A stretch of DNA of 64,000 nt from Curvularia clavata. Its lineage: Eukaryota. Position 1 is the first letter of the stretch, and every line of letters begins with the position of its first letter. Where the stretch lies: the NCBI GenBank assembly GCA_023920165.1, contig CP089274.1, forward strand, positions 1,054,001-1,118,000. The letters run 5' to 3'. Positions 1 to 12,331 of the stretch are shown here, one piece after another. A program made the translations under genes and the position numbers. The notes under the pieces were generated by a model. The model saw nothing but the letters and a program-made list of their open reading frames with translations, was not told where the DNA came from and made no database searches.

Positions 1-1186
1 CCTGGAATCCACTTGTTATTGAGTTCCGACACGTTCCTGCTCAGATACGGCCAGGAGCACACTATGTCATAGTCCCGTATCGTGAACAGATCGTGGAAGA
101 CCCTCAACAATCAGAATACAAACAGTATCCTAGTTTCACTGAATACATTGTCAAAAAATCAACTTCCAAAATCCAATGGGATCATAGGGCTGCGCTCTTC
201 CGTGCGCAAGCCCCGGAACGAGTGGCAGTATGATACGCTACTCAATAAAACAACTCTTGAAGCGTTTCGCTGACTGCCTATGAAAGATCAAGGATGTACC
301 TGTGTCTGAGACTATAATCCAGGTTACAAATATCACGCGCTTTCCGGATAATGTGCGCTTCGAATCGACATCACGATACGTCATCAAGGTCAACTTGATA
401 GACACTGAGGAGCTTGACACCGCAACGGACAACAATCATTCGCGAAACTCGTTACGATTAGCGTCTTGTTCATTTCCGCGCAGACGCAGCTATCCTCTCG
501 AACCTTTGGTGTGTCAACAAGGGCCTACCTTCTCTCCTGTCTCTCTTAGCGAGTTGATGGCCCACCCAGCGCCGCCTTTGAGTACCGAGCAGTGTCAGGA
601 GGAGAAGTTTGCTAAAACCCCTGAAATAGTTGAGAAGATGCACAACGAGTACTATACCAACCCTGAAGTCAGTGGAAGATCAACAAAAAAGCGGTCCAAC
701 TCACTGTGCAAGAGTGAAACACCGTCTTCAGAACGAAATCGCTTGAGCAATGCTTACAGCTCTGGCCTAGATACCGAGCTCAAGCGTCAAAAGCTGGACC
801 AGACTGACGTGGCTGGGATGAAAGGGGTGTGCTTTGACAGAGCAATGGGAACTCAGTGCCCGACACCACCGTATACACCAATCACTGCCGACTCCAATGA
901 TTCCGACCATCCAGCTCGGCTATCCAGCCCTGTTGATATGCGGGCATCGCCTTCATGTCATACAAGAACTGGGTTCAAGGTCTTATCACAGCTATCGCAG
1001 CGGAAGATTCAATGCAACTATCACGAGTTCGAACAGACGGCTCTGCGTAAGCTGATCGATAAACCATGTGTGGGCGATGTGAGCTTTGAAAGAATATTTC
1101 TGGGTGATAGCGAGGCTGAAGACTGGCACTCGTCGGATCTTGAAGGTTTGAATGATGAGGTGAATGATATCGAAACGGAATTGTGA
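1..1186 (+). CDS. 3' part of a hypothetical protein, 5'-truncated by the window edge
   Basis: The frame is open from base 3 to 227. An intron at 228-286 (GTATGA...GCTGAC...AAAG) splices in frame to ORF 302..1186. No recognisable domain; S/P-rich C-terminus. Confidence 0.6.
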
Positions 1187-1791
1187 CGATGGCTGTGTAA
1201 ATCATCAAAGCCGTCAAGCAAATTGTTCCAACGGGTTTGTTACAACAGGGCTATAGGTGAGGATATCCTGTCATTGCTTTCGTTTGCTATGCCCTCGTCA
1301 GGAACGGTTGGTTTGGCAAACGTTGGCCAAGTTTTTACCTTGACGTTTAAGCAGAATCATCATTGCTGGTTTATTCAATGTTGTTCTGACCAAAGATGCA
1401 TTTCGTGTTCAATTAAAGGTCAGACAACAGTCGAACGGAGCCCTCTTGCTTCAACGCAGCACCTCTAGCTCGTTCCAACGGATTGCCCTCACTACGCTCG
1501 ACACGTTTAACTACTGTCTTTGACCGAACAAGACGGCTCATTGCGTGGTTGCATGACTGACAAACATAGTATCCGCCTTTGCCACTTCATGCGTAGCAAG
1601 CGATGGCGAATGGCAAACGGGATGTGCCATCTCACTTCTTTGAAACTCTCAAACTGTTTACATATCAGCGATTCTCCGAGCAATGAAGTAATATATACCG
1701 CGATCTTCTGAGAAAGAAACCTCAAACTACCATCCTACTTTTATCGCAACTTCAAAGGCCCTCCCGCGTCTTTGCTGAAGTGACAAAAACC

Positions 1792-2682
1792 ATGCAAGAA
1801 TACCTCTGCAACGATTTCGCGTCTATCCTGGCTCCCATACTGCTTCTTCTTACGCTGGTAAATGCGGCAATGGTCCTCACAGCCTACAAAGCTGAAGATG
1901 TCTCCGGAGAGGATAACGAAAACGAAAAGCCAGATAAACTCCTCCACGCTGTTCTCCAAAGCGTCTATGCATTTCAGACGGCGCATGTTATTGCGCAGCA
2001 GCAGGAAGATATGCGTCGTCTTACAGCGCGTGTCGCTGAGCTGTGCGAGTGGCTGGGTCAGCTTGCCCCCATGGTTCACTCGAACGAGCACTTGGCGGAG
2101 AGGCTGTTGTCGGTATCAATGCAACAACGGCGCAGAATAGAGATACTACGGCATAGATTGGGACATGCTGAGGATGTTCTGGGTGCGTTTGTAGAGAGGG
2201 AGAGACAGCAAGAGGAGGAAAGGAAAGAGAGGGCCAGGTGGGAGAGAGCCGAGAAAGGGAAAGCTGGGATCTGGGAGATTTCGGGGAAAAGGTTGAGGAG
2301 AGTCGGTAGAGAGACAGAGCTAAGGGGAGGGAGGGATCAAGAGTGGGTTGAGGAAGAATTTGGATCTGGTGGTGAAAGGGGTTTTCAGCTGGTGGGAGAG
2401 AATAGTGGAAACTTCGCTGCACAAGGGATGGAGGAGTCCCAGATTCTTCAACGAGATGAAACCTACCCGACACAGTCGAAGTCACCGCTTCCCTTTTTCG
2501 ACGGCGTGTACGACCCGCATCAAGTGAAAATGGAGCAAGGTCAGAATCGAGGGGTTTTTGGGCGGCCCGGCGGTTCTCGTCAGAATGAAGCACCGCGACG
2601 AAGTCCCTCACAAGAGCCATTTATATGGGCTGCCCGTGGAGGAAAACACCGACATCTTGCAGCAGGTATACGGGAGGTCTGA
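1792..2682 (+). CDS. Hypothetical protein with an N-terminal hydrophobic helix and a coiled coil
   Basis: ORF of about 296 aa from the first ATG. Hydrophobic segment ILAPILLLLTLVNAAMVL, followed by an E/R/Q-rich helical stretch. Confidence 0.5.
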   Translation: MQEYLCNDFASILAPILLLLTLVNAAMVLTAYKAEDVSGEDNENEKPDKLLHAVLQSVYAFQTAHVIAQQQEDMRRLTARVAELCEWLGQLAPMVHSNEHLAERLLSVSMQQRRRIEILRHRLGHAEDVLGAFVERERQQEEERKERARWERAEKGKAGIWEISGKRLRRVGRETELRGGRDQEWVEEEFGSGGERGFQLVGENSGNFAAQGMEESQILQRDETYPTQSKSPLPFFDGVYDPHQVKMEQGQNRGVFGRPGGSRQNEAPRRSPSQEPFIWAARGGKHRHLAAGIREV

Positions 2683-3329
2683 GTATAGCACGACCAATAA
2701 AATAGGCACGAGGGAAGAACTTTAAAGCCCGACATCTGAGGGTCTTTCGGGGTTCATCGGGGACTATCGGGGTCTTCACAGGAGGGTCTGGCATAGATGG
2801 GAGAGAGTTCTGTGCCTGAGAGGAGAAGATTTGCGAAGGATTTATATGGAATTTAGGAGGATCGGAACGTGGTCGGTGAATGGATGCTGATAGGAGATGT
2901 ACAACTGGGCGTGCGATCATTCGATGTAGCTCCCATGTAGGCTATGACGGCGACTACACAGTTCGTCACCACGCGAAAGATAAAGGAGAACTCAATACTT
3001 AGCCCGCCAATCCATTCCCCGACTTTCCAGCCGCTTCAACGTCATGATGCCAATAAAGAGCCGCCACGCACTTCTCACCACCTCCATGACTTCCTCATTC
3101 TCCCAGAATTGCATGTCTTCGCAGCAACGAGCATCCCGAGCCGCTTCTACCCGTGCATTCTCTCCGCACCTTCCGTATTGCAGCACCACGTGGTAGCGGT
3201 GAAGAAGCCGAAGCCGCCGTTACCCCGCCCCCACGCCCATCGCTTATACCTGCGTGTCCCGCTGCCTTTCGTCGTCTAAGCCTTCCATCACTCAATCACG
3301 CCATCGCCGCCATACCACAATCGACCACA

Positions 3330-4620
3330 ATGGTTCAGGTACGCCCCCCGGTTTTGCCATCTAATTTGCCCAAAACGGTAGACTATGTCGTCTAGAGAGA
3401 CAAAATGGGTCTCTGTGCGAGAGCGTAGGGCTGACGCTGATGTCATAGCTGCAATACTCTGTCGAAAAGCCGCTAAATCGGGAGCCAAAGCTCGAGAAGC
3501 TGGTGCAAAGGTATGTGGGCTATAAATACAGTGTGGAAGTGGACTAGAGGCTGATGAGGGGTGCAGCTTCATTACACAAGACGGCTACGATCGTAATCAT
3601 GGACCGATTCCATACATCGACATCGATACCCACAGAGTTAGCATCACTGGGCTCGTACACAGAGAGCTTTCGCTTTCCATCGCAGATCTCCAGGCCCTCC
3701 CACAACATCATGTCGTCAGTGCACTACAATGTGCTGGCAACCGCCGCCATACTATGAGGACAAAGTTGAAGGAAGTGTGCGGCTTAGACTGGTTTGACGG
3801 CGCAGTCATGAACTGCAAGTGGAGCGGACCATTGCTCAAAGATGTTCTCGAAAGGGCTGGCATCAACATTGAGCAAGAGAAGCTTGGTGAAGCCCATGTT
3901 GCCTTTTCGTGCTTCCAGACAACCACACAGGACGACAGCTACTACGGCGCCAGTATCCCCCTTTCAAGGGCTCTGAATCCAGACTACTCGATTATGATTG
4001 CTCTCCAGATGAATGACAAGCCACTGCCACCAAACCACGGTGCACCTGTTCGAGTCGTCACTCCAGGCATCGCCGGTGCGAGGAGCGTTAAGTGGCTTGA
4101 TCAAATCTCCGTTCAGATGTGCGAAAGCGAGAATTACTACCAACAGTCAGACTACAAGATTTTGCCTCCAGAAGCTGATTCAAAAGAAAAGGCAAAGGAG
4201 TACTGGTCAAAAGTCAGTGCCCTCCAGGAAATGCCAGTGAACAGCGTCATCGGCATACCAAAGTCTGGAACTACCGTGCAACGAGATGCAGACGGCACCA
4301 TTGAAGTCAAGGGATACGCCTTGCCTAGTGGAGCGGACGGCCCTATTGTCAAAGTTGAGGTCAGCATCGACGGAGGAAAGTCGTGGGAGGATGCCGAGCT
4401 GATTAATCACTACGATGGCAAGGATGCTGAAAAGGTGGAGCTGAAATGGGCGTGGGCCCTGTGGAAAGCAAAGGTCAAGGTCGAAAAGGGGAAGAATGTG
4501 ACGATTTACAGTCGCGCGACTGACAGGAGTGGCAATATTCAAGAGAAGTGTCCGACATGGAATTATAGGGGTGTGGCCTACAATGGCTTCGGCGAGGCAT
4601 TCGGCTTGGAGATTGTTTAA
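3330..4620 (+). CDS. Sulfite oxidase-family molybdopterin oxidoreductase (no cytochrome b5 domain)
   Basis: Three exons: ATGGTTCAG at 3330-3338, an exon from 3449 (LQYSVEKPLNREP), and an exon from about 3568 (FITQDGYDRNHG). Motifs: ALQCAGNRR (Moco Cys), MNDKPLPPNHGAPVRVVTPGIAGARSVKWL, and the dimerisation domain (VKGYA, VEVSIDGGKSW, WAWALW, WNYRG). Confidence 0.9.
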
Positions 4621-4871
4621 TATGTAATGGGTTTTGAGGGTATCAGGATAAGAGAAGCAGAAGTGGGAAGGTTTAGGCGCATGGAACATGACTAACGTTA
4701 ACATTCTTTTATCTTTTTTTCTTTAATCACGGCTTACACACATGTGTTGCCCTATACGAAGTAACGCAAGCATCGCAAATGACATTTTCTTCCATTTCCT
4801 TCATCAAACTCCCTAGCGCTATGCATTTGGAAACCCCAACGAACCAACCCTCATCAGCCCTTTCTCAGTCC

Positions 4872-5465
4872 TCACAGACCCAAACTCTTCCTCACATTCT
4901 TCCTCACAATCTCCTCATACTCGTTCCGCTTCTCCCTCCACATGCGCGCCGCATCCACATTCGCCGGACTCTCATCATTCGGCTCCGCCAGCATACTCAT
5001 AACACTGATCAGAATCTTCTCTACGCTTTGTATCGGAGACCATCGTTCCGACGCTTGCTCGTATTGCATGGGGTCTTCACCCGGTGCATGGAGAATGGAT
5101 ATGCAGACTTCGCCGTTGGGGTACACTGTCACATGAAGCTGTCAGCTAATCCACCCTTACTACTAACTATCATGTTGTGCAACCCCAAGAAGTAGTAAAG
5201 GAGCGCAATTTGTTTACACACCGTTTGGATGCCACATGTCTGTAATAAACTTCATCTTTGGCGGCGCAAGCGGATAGTCCTTGGGAAACCGCAGTTCAGC
5301 GGGGAATACACCGCCTTCGAAAGGTGTGCCTTCGGGTCCTTGGATTAGGGCTTCCCAGATAAACATGTCGTCTTCGTTTACGGGACCCGCGGTTATGCCC
5401 TCTGGTGGGTCGTTGGAGAGCGCGCGGTATTCTTTGAAGAGGCGTTTGGCGGCGGGGGAGGCCAT
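4872..5465 (-). CDS. ubc7: Ubiquitin-conjugating enzyme E2 (Ubc7/UBE2G2)
   Basis: Intron 5126-5221 joins [16 protein letters not shown]. The acidic loop insertion [18 protein letters not shown] is typical of Ubc7. Confidence 0.95.
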
Positions 5466-5878
5466 TGTGAGGGTTGAGAGTGGGGGTGGGAGTGTGCGGT
5501 AGAGATTCAGAGCTGGGTAGGTCTGCGGAGAGTGAGGAGAGGATTAAGGCGCGCGGGATTTGTAGGTGGTATCTGTTTTGTAGGAAGGTATGTGAGGAAA
5601 CAGTTGAGGTAGCCGTGGTTGAAGGATGGCGTTCCGCACAGTGAGATGCGTTCCGACACGTCGGCGTTAATGACACGGAGTTAGCGCTGGGCTGAGCACG
5701 TGCCTGACACTCTGGGTTCTCAGATTCACTATATCACTTTTGTTATGACACTTGCTTGCGATGACTTTTGAAGTAGGAGTGAATCCTAAATTCTTGATCT
5801 ATTATTGATTGTTTACGCACACGAAATATGTTTAAGGAATATCTTTGCCGATATTCTCAGTTTAAGAGTCCCTGAAAA

Positions 5879-7925
5879 CTACCCAAACACTTCAATCATG
5901 AATCGATACTCAATCTTCCTCCCCTCGTTGCGCGCCCTCGCACTCAACATGCTACATTGATCAGCAATCTGCTGGCCAATCACCGGCGGACCACAGAAAA
6001 AGACTCCAACCTTGATCTCATCATTCTTCCCACGTCCTTTCTCATCCAACCCCTCTGCCAGCACCTTGCTCATATCCTCATAGTGTCGCTCCATGATAGC
6101 GCGGATATCCGGGCGACCAAAGTGAGTCGGATTCACAAGACCCGTAATGGGCGACTGTGGATGCTCCGGCGTACGATGTTTTTCCAGCAGCCACCTGAAG
6201 ACATGCTGAGATATTTGCTTACGCTTTTGCGTCACGTACGTGTTAATGCGGATATCAAGATCAGGGGCTCGGGGAATCGTGTGAGAAACTTCGTTCAGGA
6301 GGTCGGAGAACCAGAGCAGGTTGTTCTTGTCACGTACCATCCAGTGGAAGTCGATCCGGCGGTGGTTGGTATAGGGTGATGATTGGCGTGAGGAGTCGTG
6401 CAAAGTGTCAGGTGAGTTGTCTCTGGACTTGACTCGCTCAAGCTCATGGTACTGGAGGTCGGTCAAAACTCCTGAGAAAGGTGTTACACCGATGCCAGCA
6501 CTGTGCAGTGTTAGCAATGTTTTCGTAGGCAAAGGATATAAATGCTTACCCAAAAACCATGCTATACTCAAAGTCGTAGAATCGCTGCGCAGGCGCACCG
6601 AATGGACCGTCTAATCCAATTTTGATGGCTTGCCGTCCTTCTTGCTTGGCGAGATCACGGAGCTGGTTTGTCCAGTCTCCATCTGCCTTAATGTGAACTT
6701 GCATGGTGTTCTTGATGCAAGTCGACACTGTGAATGGATGCCATTGGAAGCGAGACAGTTGCGGCACCTGTACGAAGACATATTGACCGGCTTTATAGTC
6801 CCAAGGGCGAGTTTTGGGAATGTTTGCTGTGATAACAACAGTCTCTTCGTCCAGCAACTCGAGATCAGCGATGATTGGGCGAAAACTTAGAATCAACCTC
6901 CAAACACGTTCGAAGAGAACCATGAGCGTAGGGAAAGCAAGCCAGTATCCAAACATCGGCCACTGCAAAAGGGCCGCAGTGCCGTGCGCCATCATGAAGC
7001 CAATAATGGGAAATATGAGAAGATGGCCCAGTTGAAAGATCTCATAGTTCCACTTTCGAACCTGAGGCATACTCAATAGTGCTAAGAGATAGAAAAGCCC
7101 GAGAGAGGTGAGGCCAGTCCATCCAGGCAGGGAACGCAGATAACTGGTGTAAGAGCGTGGTACAGCGTCTGGTCCAAGGGCATTCGCAACCGCATCCTGT
7201 CGTCCCGCTTTACTCCCAAAAACGAAAGAGCCACTGAGATGACCGATCGCATGCAAAGTCGCAAAGACTAGCGCCACGATGGAGATTTTGATGTGGAATG
7301 ACTGTGACAAGTCCCAGTTGATGAACCTCGAAATAAAGTAGAAGCGTCGCAGAAACGTTGAGAGCCATCTCGACATGGAGAGAATAAGGAAGAAGAAGGT
7401 TGGATACAGCACGCCCGCACATGTCTTCGACAGGACAACCCCCCAGCCAAATGCAGGTGTGTACTGGTCGTAGGTGAGATATTTTACAAACTGCCAGACT
7501 CCAAAGGCGATCATCATGAGGAGGACAAGCGCGAGGAACAAAACTTCTGGCCCTTTGACAGCCCAGTAGGCGCGGGCTCGTCGGTACAACGAGATATGCT
7601 TCAGGTAGTCGTCCTCGTCTTTCGCTTCTTTGCGATCATGCTCTAGCGACGGGATCTCCCAAGTCTTCACAGTCTTTGCGAAGTCATCGTGCTTGATGCG
7701 GTCCTCGCGCGTTCCGATTATCTGCCGGAGGAATTGATGTCGCGCTTCGTCGCCGCGAGATTGGTGGTGAAGGTTATGTGGCTGGGCTTTCGGAGCTATC
7801 TCCTTGTGCACTTGATCCAGTTTGCGTTCCAGTTCCCAGTAGCTGATATTGCCATCGTTGTCGTGGTCGAGATCGTCGATGAAGTGCTTGATTTCCTCGT
7901 CTGTAAGGCAGGTTTGCGAAGCCAT
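5879..7925 (-). CDS. noxC: EF-hand-containing NADPH oxidase (NoxC/RBOH-like)
   Basis: N-terminal EF-hand DLDHDNDGNISYWE. Ferric-reductase TM domain with heme His pairs (FHIKISIVALVFATLH; GHLLIFPIIGFMMAH). FAD motif QWHPFT; NADPH motifs DGPFGAP, GAGIGVTPF (across intron 6501-6549) and VGVFFCGP. Confidence 0.85.
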
Positions 7926-9068
7926 TGACTGGTGACGATAATTCAGAGGGCAATTAATGGACTTAAAGCTTTGACTTATCGTCCATCTTTAAGTTTTCCT
8001 CAACGACGTTGCATGTCTTGGTCGGCGCACGTAGGCCAAGACGTTCATGCTATCAAACGTGCTAACACTGCAAAGCGCCGCCAGTAAGATGGAAAGAAGC
8101 TAAGGTGGCCCAGAAGGACAAGACACCCAAGACGGAATCGGCTCTGGCGGGCGCAACTTGCACAGTTGGCGGAGCGGAATTCGATCCTGAGAGCAATCTC
8201 CGCCTGTTGCACCGCCACTCAGCGCTCAAGACCAAGACTTTTGCCCAGGTTGAGTGGGCTGTTTTCTCGGCATGCGCGCACGTTGAACAAATCAGTCTCG
8301 ACCATCCAGGGCACCAGCCACATGTTATCAGTGACGACTAGAGCAGGGAGGCCGGTAGTGCGGAATTAGAGTTTAGCTGGCATATTGGATTTTGGAGGTC
8401 ATCTCAAAGACTAGGTACTGTGGAATGTTTTTTCCACTTGAAGCACGTTTCGTATACGCGAACAGAGGGGTGACCAGGTCGGGGAAGACAACACCGATCA
8501 ACGGTATAGAATGTCATAACATGCATAATTTGCCATATCGTCCATTGTTGATACACAAGAACATAAAGTTGCTATGTTGTTCGAAAAGAGACACTATGGC
8601 TAGAGTGCAGCAAGCCGAGGAAGGCTAATGGCTGTCTTTGGACTTGGCACAAGCATGGTGGCATCATACTAGACGACGTCATCGATTTGCACATGGCCTT
8701 TGTCGCAACTTCCAAAGAATAATCTTAATCCTTCTCAAAATAGGTCTCTTTTTGAGATGCGCGGCGCTGCTTTGCCAGTGCATCCTTGCTTTGAGATCAG
8801 CCTACCGACGGAGAGGTCAGATCTTCCCGCCTTTGTCCAGGATCTCCCAATCGATGTTCAGAAGATGCGCCACGACGTCATTAATCCCGTGCTTCTTCAC
8901 GATGAATGAATCGCTCGGGGCGCGGAGATGCAAAAGTGCCAGAAATCGATGATGTCTGCACTTTGCGATCCATATTGGATACAGACAAGCGCCTTTCCGT
9001 AATGCGTTTTGTTCTCCTACCACTGACCGTTTACACCTGCACGACTTTTGACACTGAAAACTTTCATC

Positions 9069-10079
9069 ATGGCAGACGGCCAAATCACAACCGAAACCAA
9101 TCCGGGATCGTCTATACGACTTACCCATCGCCATGAACGCTCTTTTCTGATGACGATAGTCCAGTCGCTTGTGCGACTGATGCCCTCCAACAATGGCAAT
9201 ACCAAGGTAGAGCATGAAGATGGCTCTCTCAGACTGAACCCATCAAAATCAAAATTATCTGGATGCACTCTTCGCGAACGCACAGTTTGCGATATTTACA
9301 TATACGATATGCTACCTCCGAATTTATCAGAGAAAAACTCTAAGAAGCGGATATATTACTTTGCTGGAGGTAGTTGGCAGGAGCCTCCTTCACCACAGCA
9401 CTACAAGCTAGTCGCCAAGCTCGCCAAAGAGATGCCCGAAACAACCATATCCATTATATCGACACCGCTTGCGCCCAACAACCCTGCGCCGAGTTCATTT
9501 CCCATGTGCATGAAAACCTATCGCGCCCTCATGGCCGAGGCCGGCAAGGCCGGAGAAAGAGTCATCTTTGCAGGTGATTCATCTGGCGCAAATATCGCCT
9601 TGAGTCTCGTCCTTGAAGCCGTACGAGAAGACGGCGAACAAAAAAGCACGGAAACCACCCGGAGCTCGCATCCTGTTGCCATCATGGCTGTGTGTGCATC
9701 GACGGACCTCACCCGCAACAATCCGGACATCGAAAAGATCGCACCTAAAGATCCTCTCCTCACACCCCAGATGATCAAGAATACTGCAAAGGCATGGCAA
9801 GGCGACTGGGATCCCGCTGACCGCCGCATCTCTCCTATCAACGCCGATGTTACATTGCTGGCCAAGAATAATATCAAGGTTCATGGTATAACTGCGGGTT
9901 GCGATGTGTTAAGCCCTGACGGCATAATATTCCGTGAGAAATGTGCTCAAGCAGACGTCAAGGGCGAGTGGGTTCACTGGGAGAAGCAGATGCACTGCTT
10001 CGTTCTCACCGTGCCTTATGGTCTGGCCGAAGCGAAGAATGCCGTTGAGTGGATGATCGATGTGCTCAAGAAAGAATAG
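9069..10079 (+). CDS. Alpha/beta hydrolase, hormone-sensitive-lipase (Abhydrolase_3) family
   Basis: GDSSG nucleophile elbow, YYFAGGSW oxyanion region, CDVL (Asp) and QMHCF (His). Confidence 0.88.
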   Translation: MADGQITTETNPGSSIRLTHRHERSFLMTIVQSLVRLMPSNNGNTKVEHEDGSLRLNPSKSKLSGCTLRERTVCDIYIYDMLPPNLSEKNSKKRIYYFAGGSWQEPPSPQHYKLVAKLAKEMPETTISIISTPLAPNNPAPSSFPMCMKTYRALMAEAGKAGERVIFAGDSSGANIALSLVLEAVREDGEQKSTETTRSSHPVAIMAVCASTDLTRNNPDIEKIAPKDPLLTPQMIKNTAKAWQGDWDPADRRISPINADVTLLAKNNIKVHGITAGCDVLSPDGIIFREKCAQADVKGEWVHWEKQMHCFVLTVPYGLAEAKNAVEWMIDVLKKE

Positions 10080-10313
10080 ATATGTGTTCATTTTGCATGT
10101 AATTGTTAAGATACCCTTGCAATTGTAAACATAACGCTCTTATAACGAGGTATTTTCACATGTTCCACCCACCCAAACGCCATTTAATGCAAAGCCTGCT
10201 TATCCTAGATTGAAAATATACTCAAAACTCCGCCCGTGTTTGGAGGCCGTGTCTCCTTTCGCTTGATGAAAAAAATGATTTTGTTGAGTCAAAGCACAGG
10301 TTCGGTCGCTGGC

Positions 10314-11937
10314 CTAGGGGTTCTGCCCAGTTTGCCCAGATTTGCGCTTTCTCATGAGCTTGAACCGCCACCTTTGATGTTTGCTGGTAGACGGCACTCC
10401 TATTGCGTTGCTAGTATGCAGTTGCGGAGCTGCGGACGGACTCGCAGTATTTGTCGTACTGGGTTGGCTCCCCTGGGCAAGGCTATTTGCAGCTTGCTTT
10501 TCTGCCCATTGCTTACGGCGTTCTTTGGCTCTCGCAATCGCTGCCTCCTTTTCATCACCAGTCAGACTATTGATATGCAAATCTTCCTCGGTTCGTCTGG
10601 CATCCTCGCGGTCGTCCTCGAAATACTGGTCGGCTCCTTCAGTGTAGGTTTTGGGATGATAATTCTCATCGCGGTCGATGGCGAAGAAATAATCGTCGTC
10701 ATCACTGTCGTCGTAGTAGCCGATATCATCATTTTCATCTTCTTCGATCAAGCAGTCGGCGTACTCAATGAAAGCTTTTGTCTCTCTCAGCAAAAAGTCT
10801 TCGCTGAGAATGACATCCGCTGGTGCGTTCTTGAGAATATAAAAATCAAGTGGATAGCGCTTCCCAGCACCGAACTGCCACGAAACATTGTACGTTTTGC
10901 CGGAAGTAAACGCAGTGGACCCGTCGGCAAATCGAAGCTTGATACACGTCTTTTTTGTGCTCACAATCGAAAGGCCCAGCGTTCGGGCATAGTCTTCATC
11001 CATGATCAAAACCTTGGACGCCGAATCGGCAAGTGCAGTCTTGGTTTCCCCATTGAGTAGTCCGGCAAACATCGGAGGCGACGCACCCAGAAACATAACT
11101 TGGTGTGTATTTAACGTTCTTGTGAATCGTTTCACCACTCGCTTGGCGAAATGTAATGCGTTGGAAAAGGTCTTGGTGGCTTTCAAGAACGATTTGCCGA
11201 GTATGACGTTCTTGATACACCCGGGAAGAATATGGAATTTCAACGGGTATGGGGTCTGTTCACCTCGAAAGCTGAAGGAAACCTCAGAAATACCAGTAGT
11301 CATGACCTTTTGGCCACTCGCGATAGTTATGAGCGTTCTTGCGGTCGGGTCGATCTTGAACTTGCACCGTTTCGCATAATCTTCATTCAAAAAATTGTAC
11401 TTGGCTCCAGTGTCCCCTGTGGCGTCGACAGGGTGTTGAGAATCAAGAAGGCCGGGGATAACATGATCTGAGCTGAGCTTTCTGATATCGGGGTTGGGCA
11501 TGAAGTAATCTTTCAGGACCATATATGTTGCTTTCTGTACAGGTGATACCAACTTCGACTTACCCAACCCTCCTATTCCACTCAGCTGAACAACTGTGTT
11601 TTTCTGGCTGCCCCACATCCAAGATCTTAGACGATCTAAGTGTACGTATCTATTGCTATTTGATGTGAGCGTAAATCCCTGCCTAATGAAACTCATGACC
11701 TTAGGTTCCTACATACTCTAGTTTGGAGATTACTTCGCGAATGGTGTCTCTTTTCAGGCCAGAGCCCAGAACATTGGTTTCGTCGGCGGGTGCAGGCTGC
11801 ACTTTTTCATAAAAGGATTCCAAAAATGCATTATCGTTTTCCAAGCCGACGACAGAGTGTTCTCCATCGTTATAGTTGGCAGTACGAATAGGGCTTGTCC
11901 AATCAGGCCACTCAGCTGAAAGCTCAGTATGGTCCAT
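10314..11937 (-). CDS. Protein with two tandem retropepsin-like aspartic protease domains (about 520 aa)
   Basis: Exon 11937-11717 and intron 11716-11656 (GTATGT...GCTCAC...AATAG) join in frame to ORF 10314..11696. Domain 1: DATGDTGAKYNFL...IASGQKVMTTG...VILGKSFL. Domain 2: ALADSASKVLIM...FADGSTAFTSG...VILSEDFL. Acidic and helical C-terminal tail. Confidence 0.8.
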
Positions 11938-12331
11938 ATCGCCAGGACTATGACGTCAGTGGCATAGCGAGCGTCAATCGTCAAGGCCCTCTAGGGTCCT
12001 TCGCAAGAAAAACTTTAAATGATGGAGAAGTCGAGATACAAAGAGAGAATGAGACGGGGCATAAAGGCTTTGGGGAGTCCGCATATTTGATTAAAGCTGG
12101 ATGGCATTTAATGCGTCAACTAGGCAATCAGGCAATCGGGTAAAAGTGAGGCAAATGGCCACGTCAAGCCGGTGAGATGGATCGGGTATGGCTTTGGCTG
12201 AGCACAAGGCGTAGCGGAACTGTCCCTGATGTGGCTTGATTACGAACGCATGCAGTCCGCGCTAGGCTGAGAGATAGGCAACATATTCCAAAAGCTTCAT
12301 ATTGAAAAGACACTTCAGACACAGAAATGTA

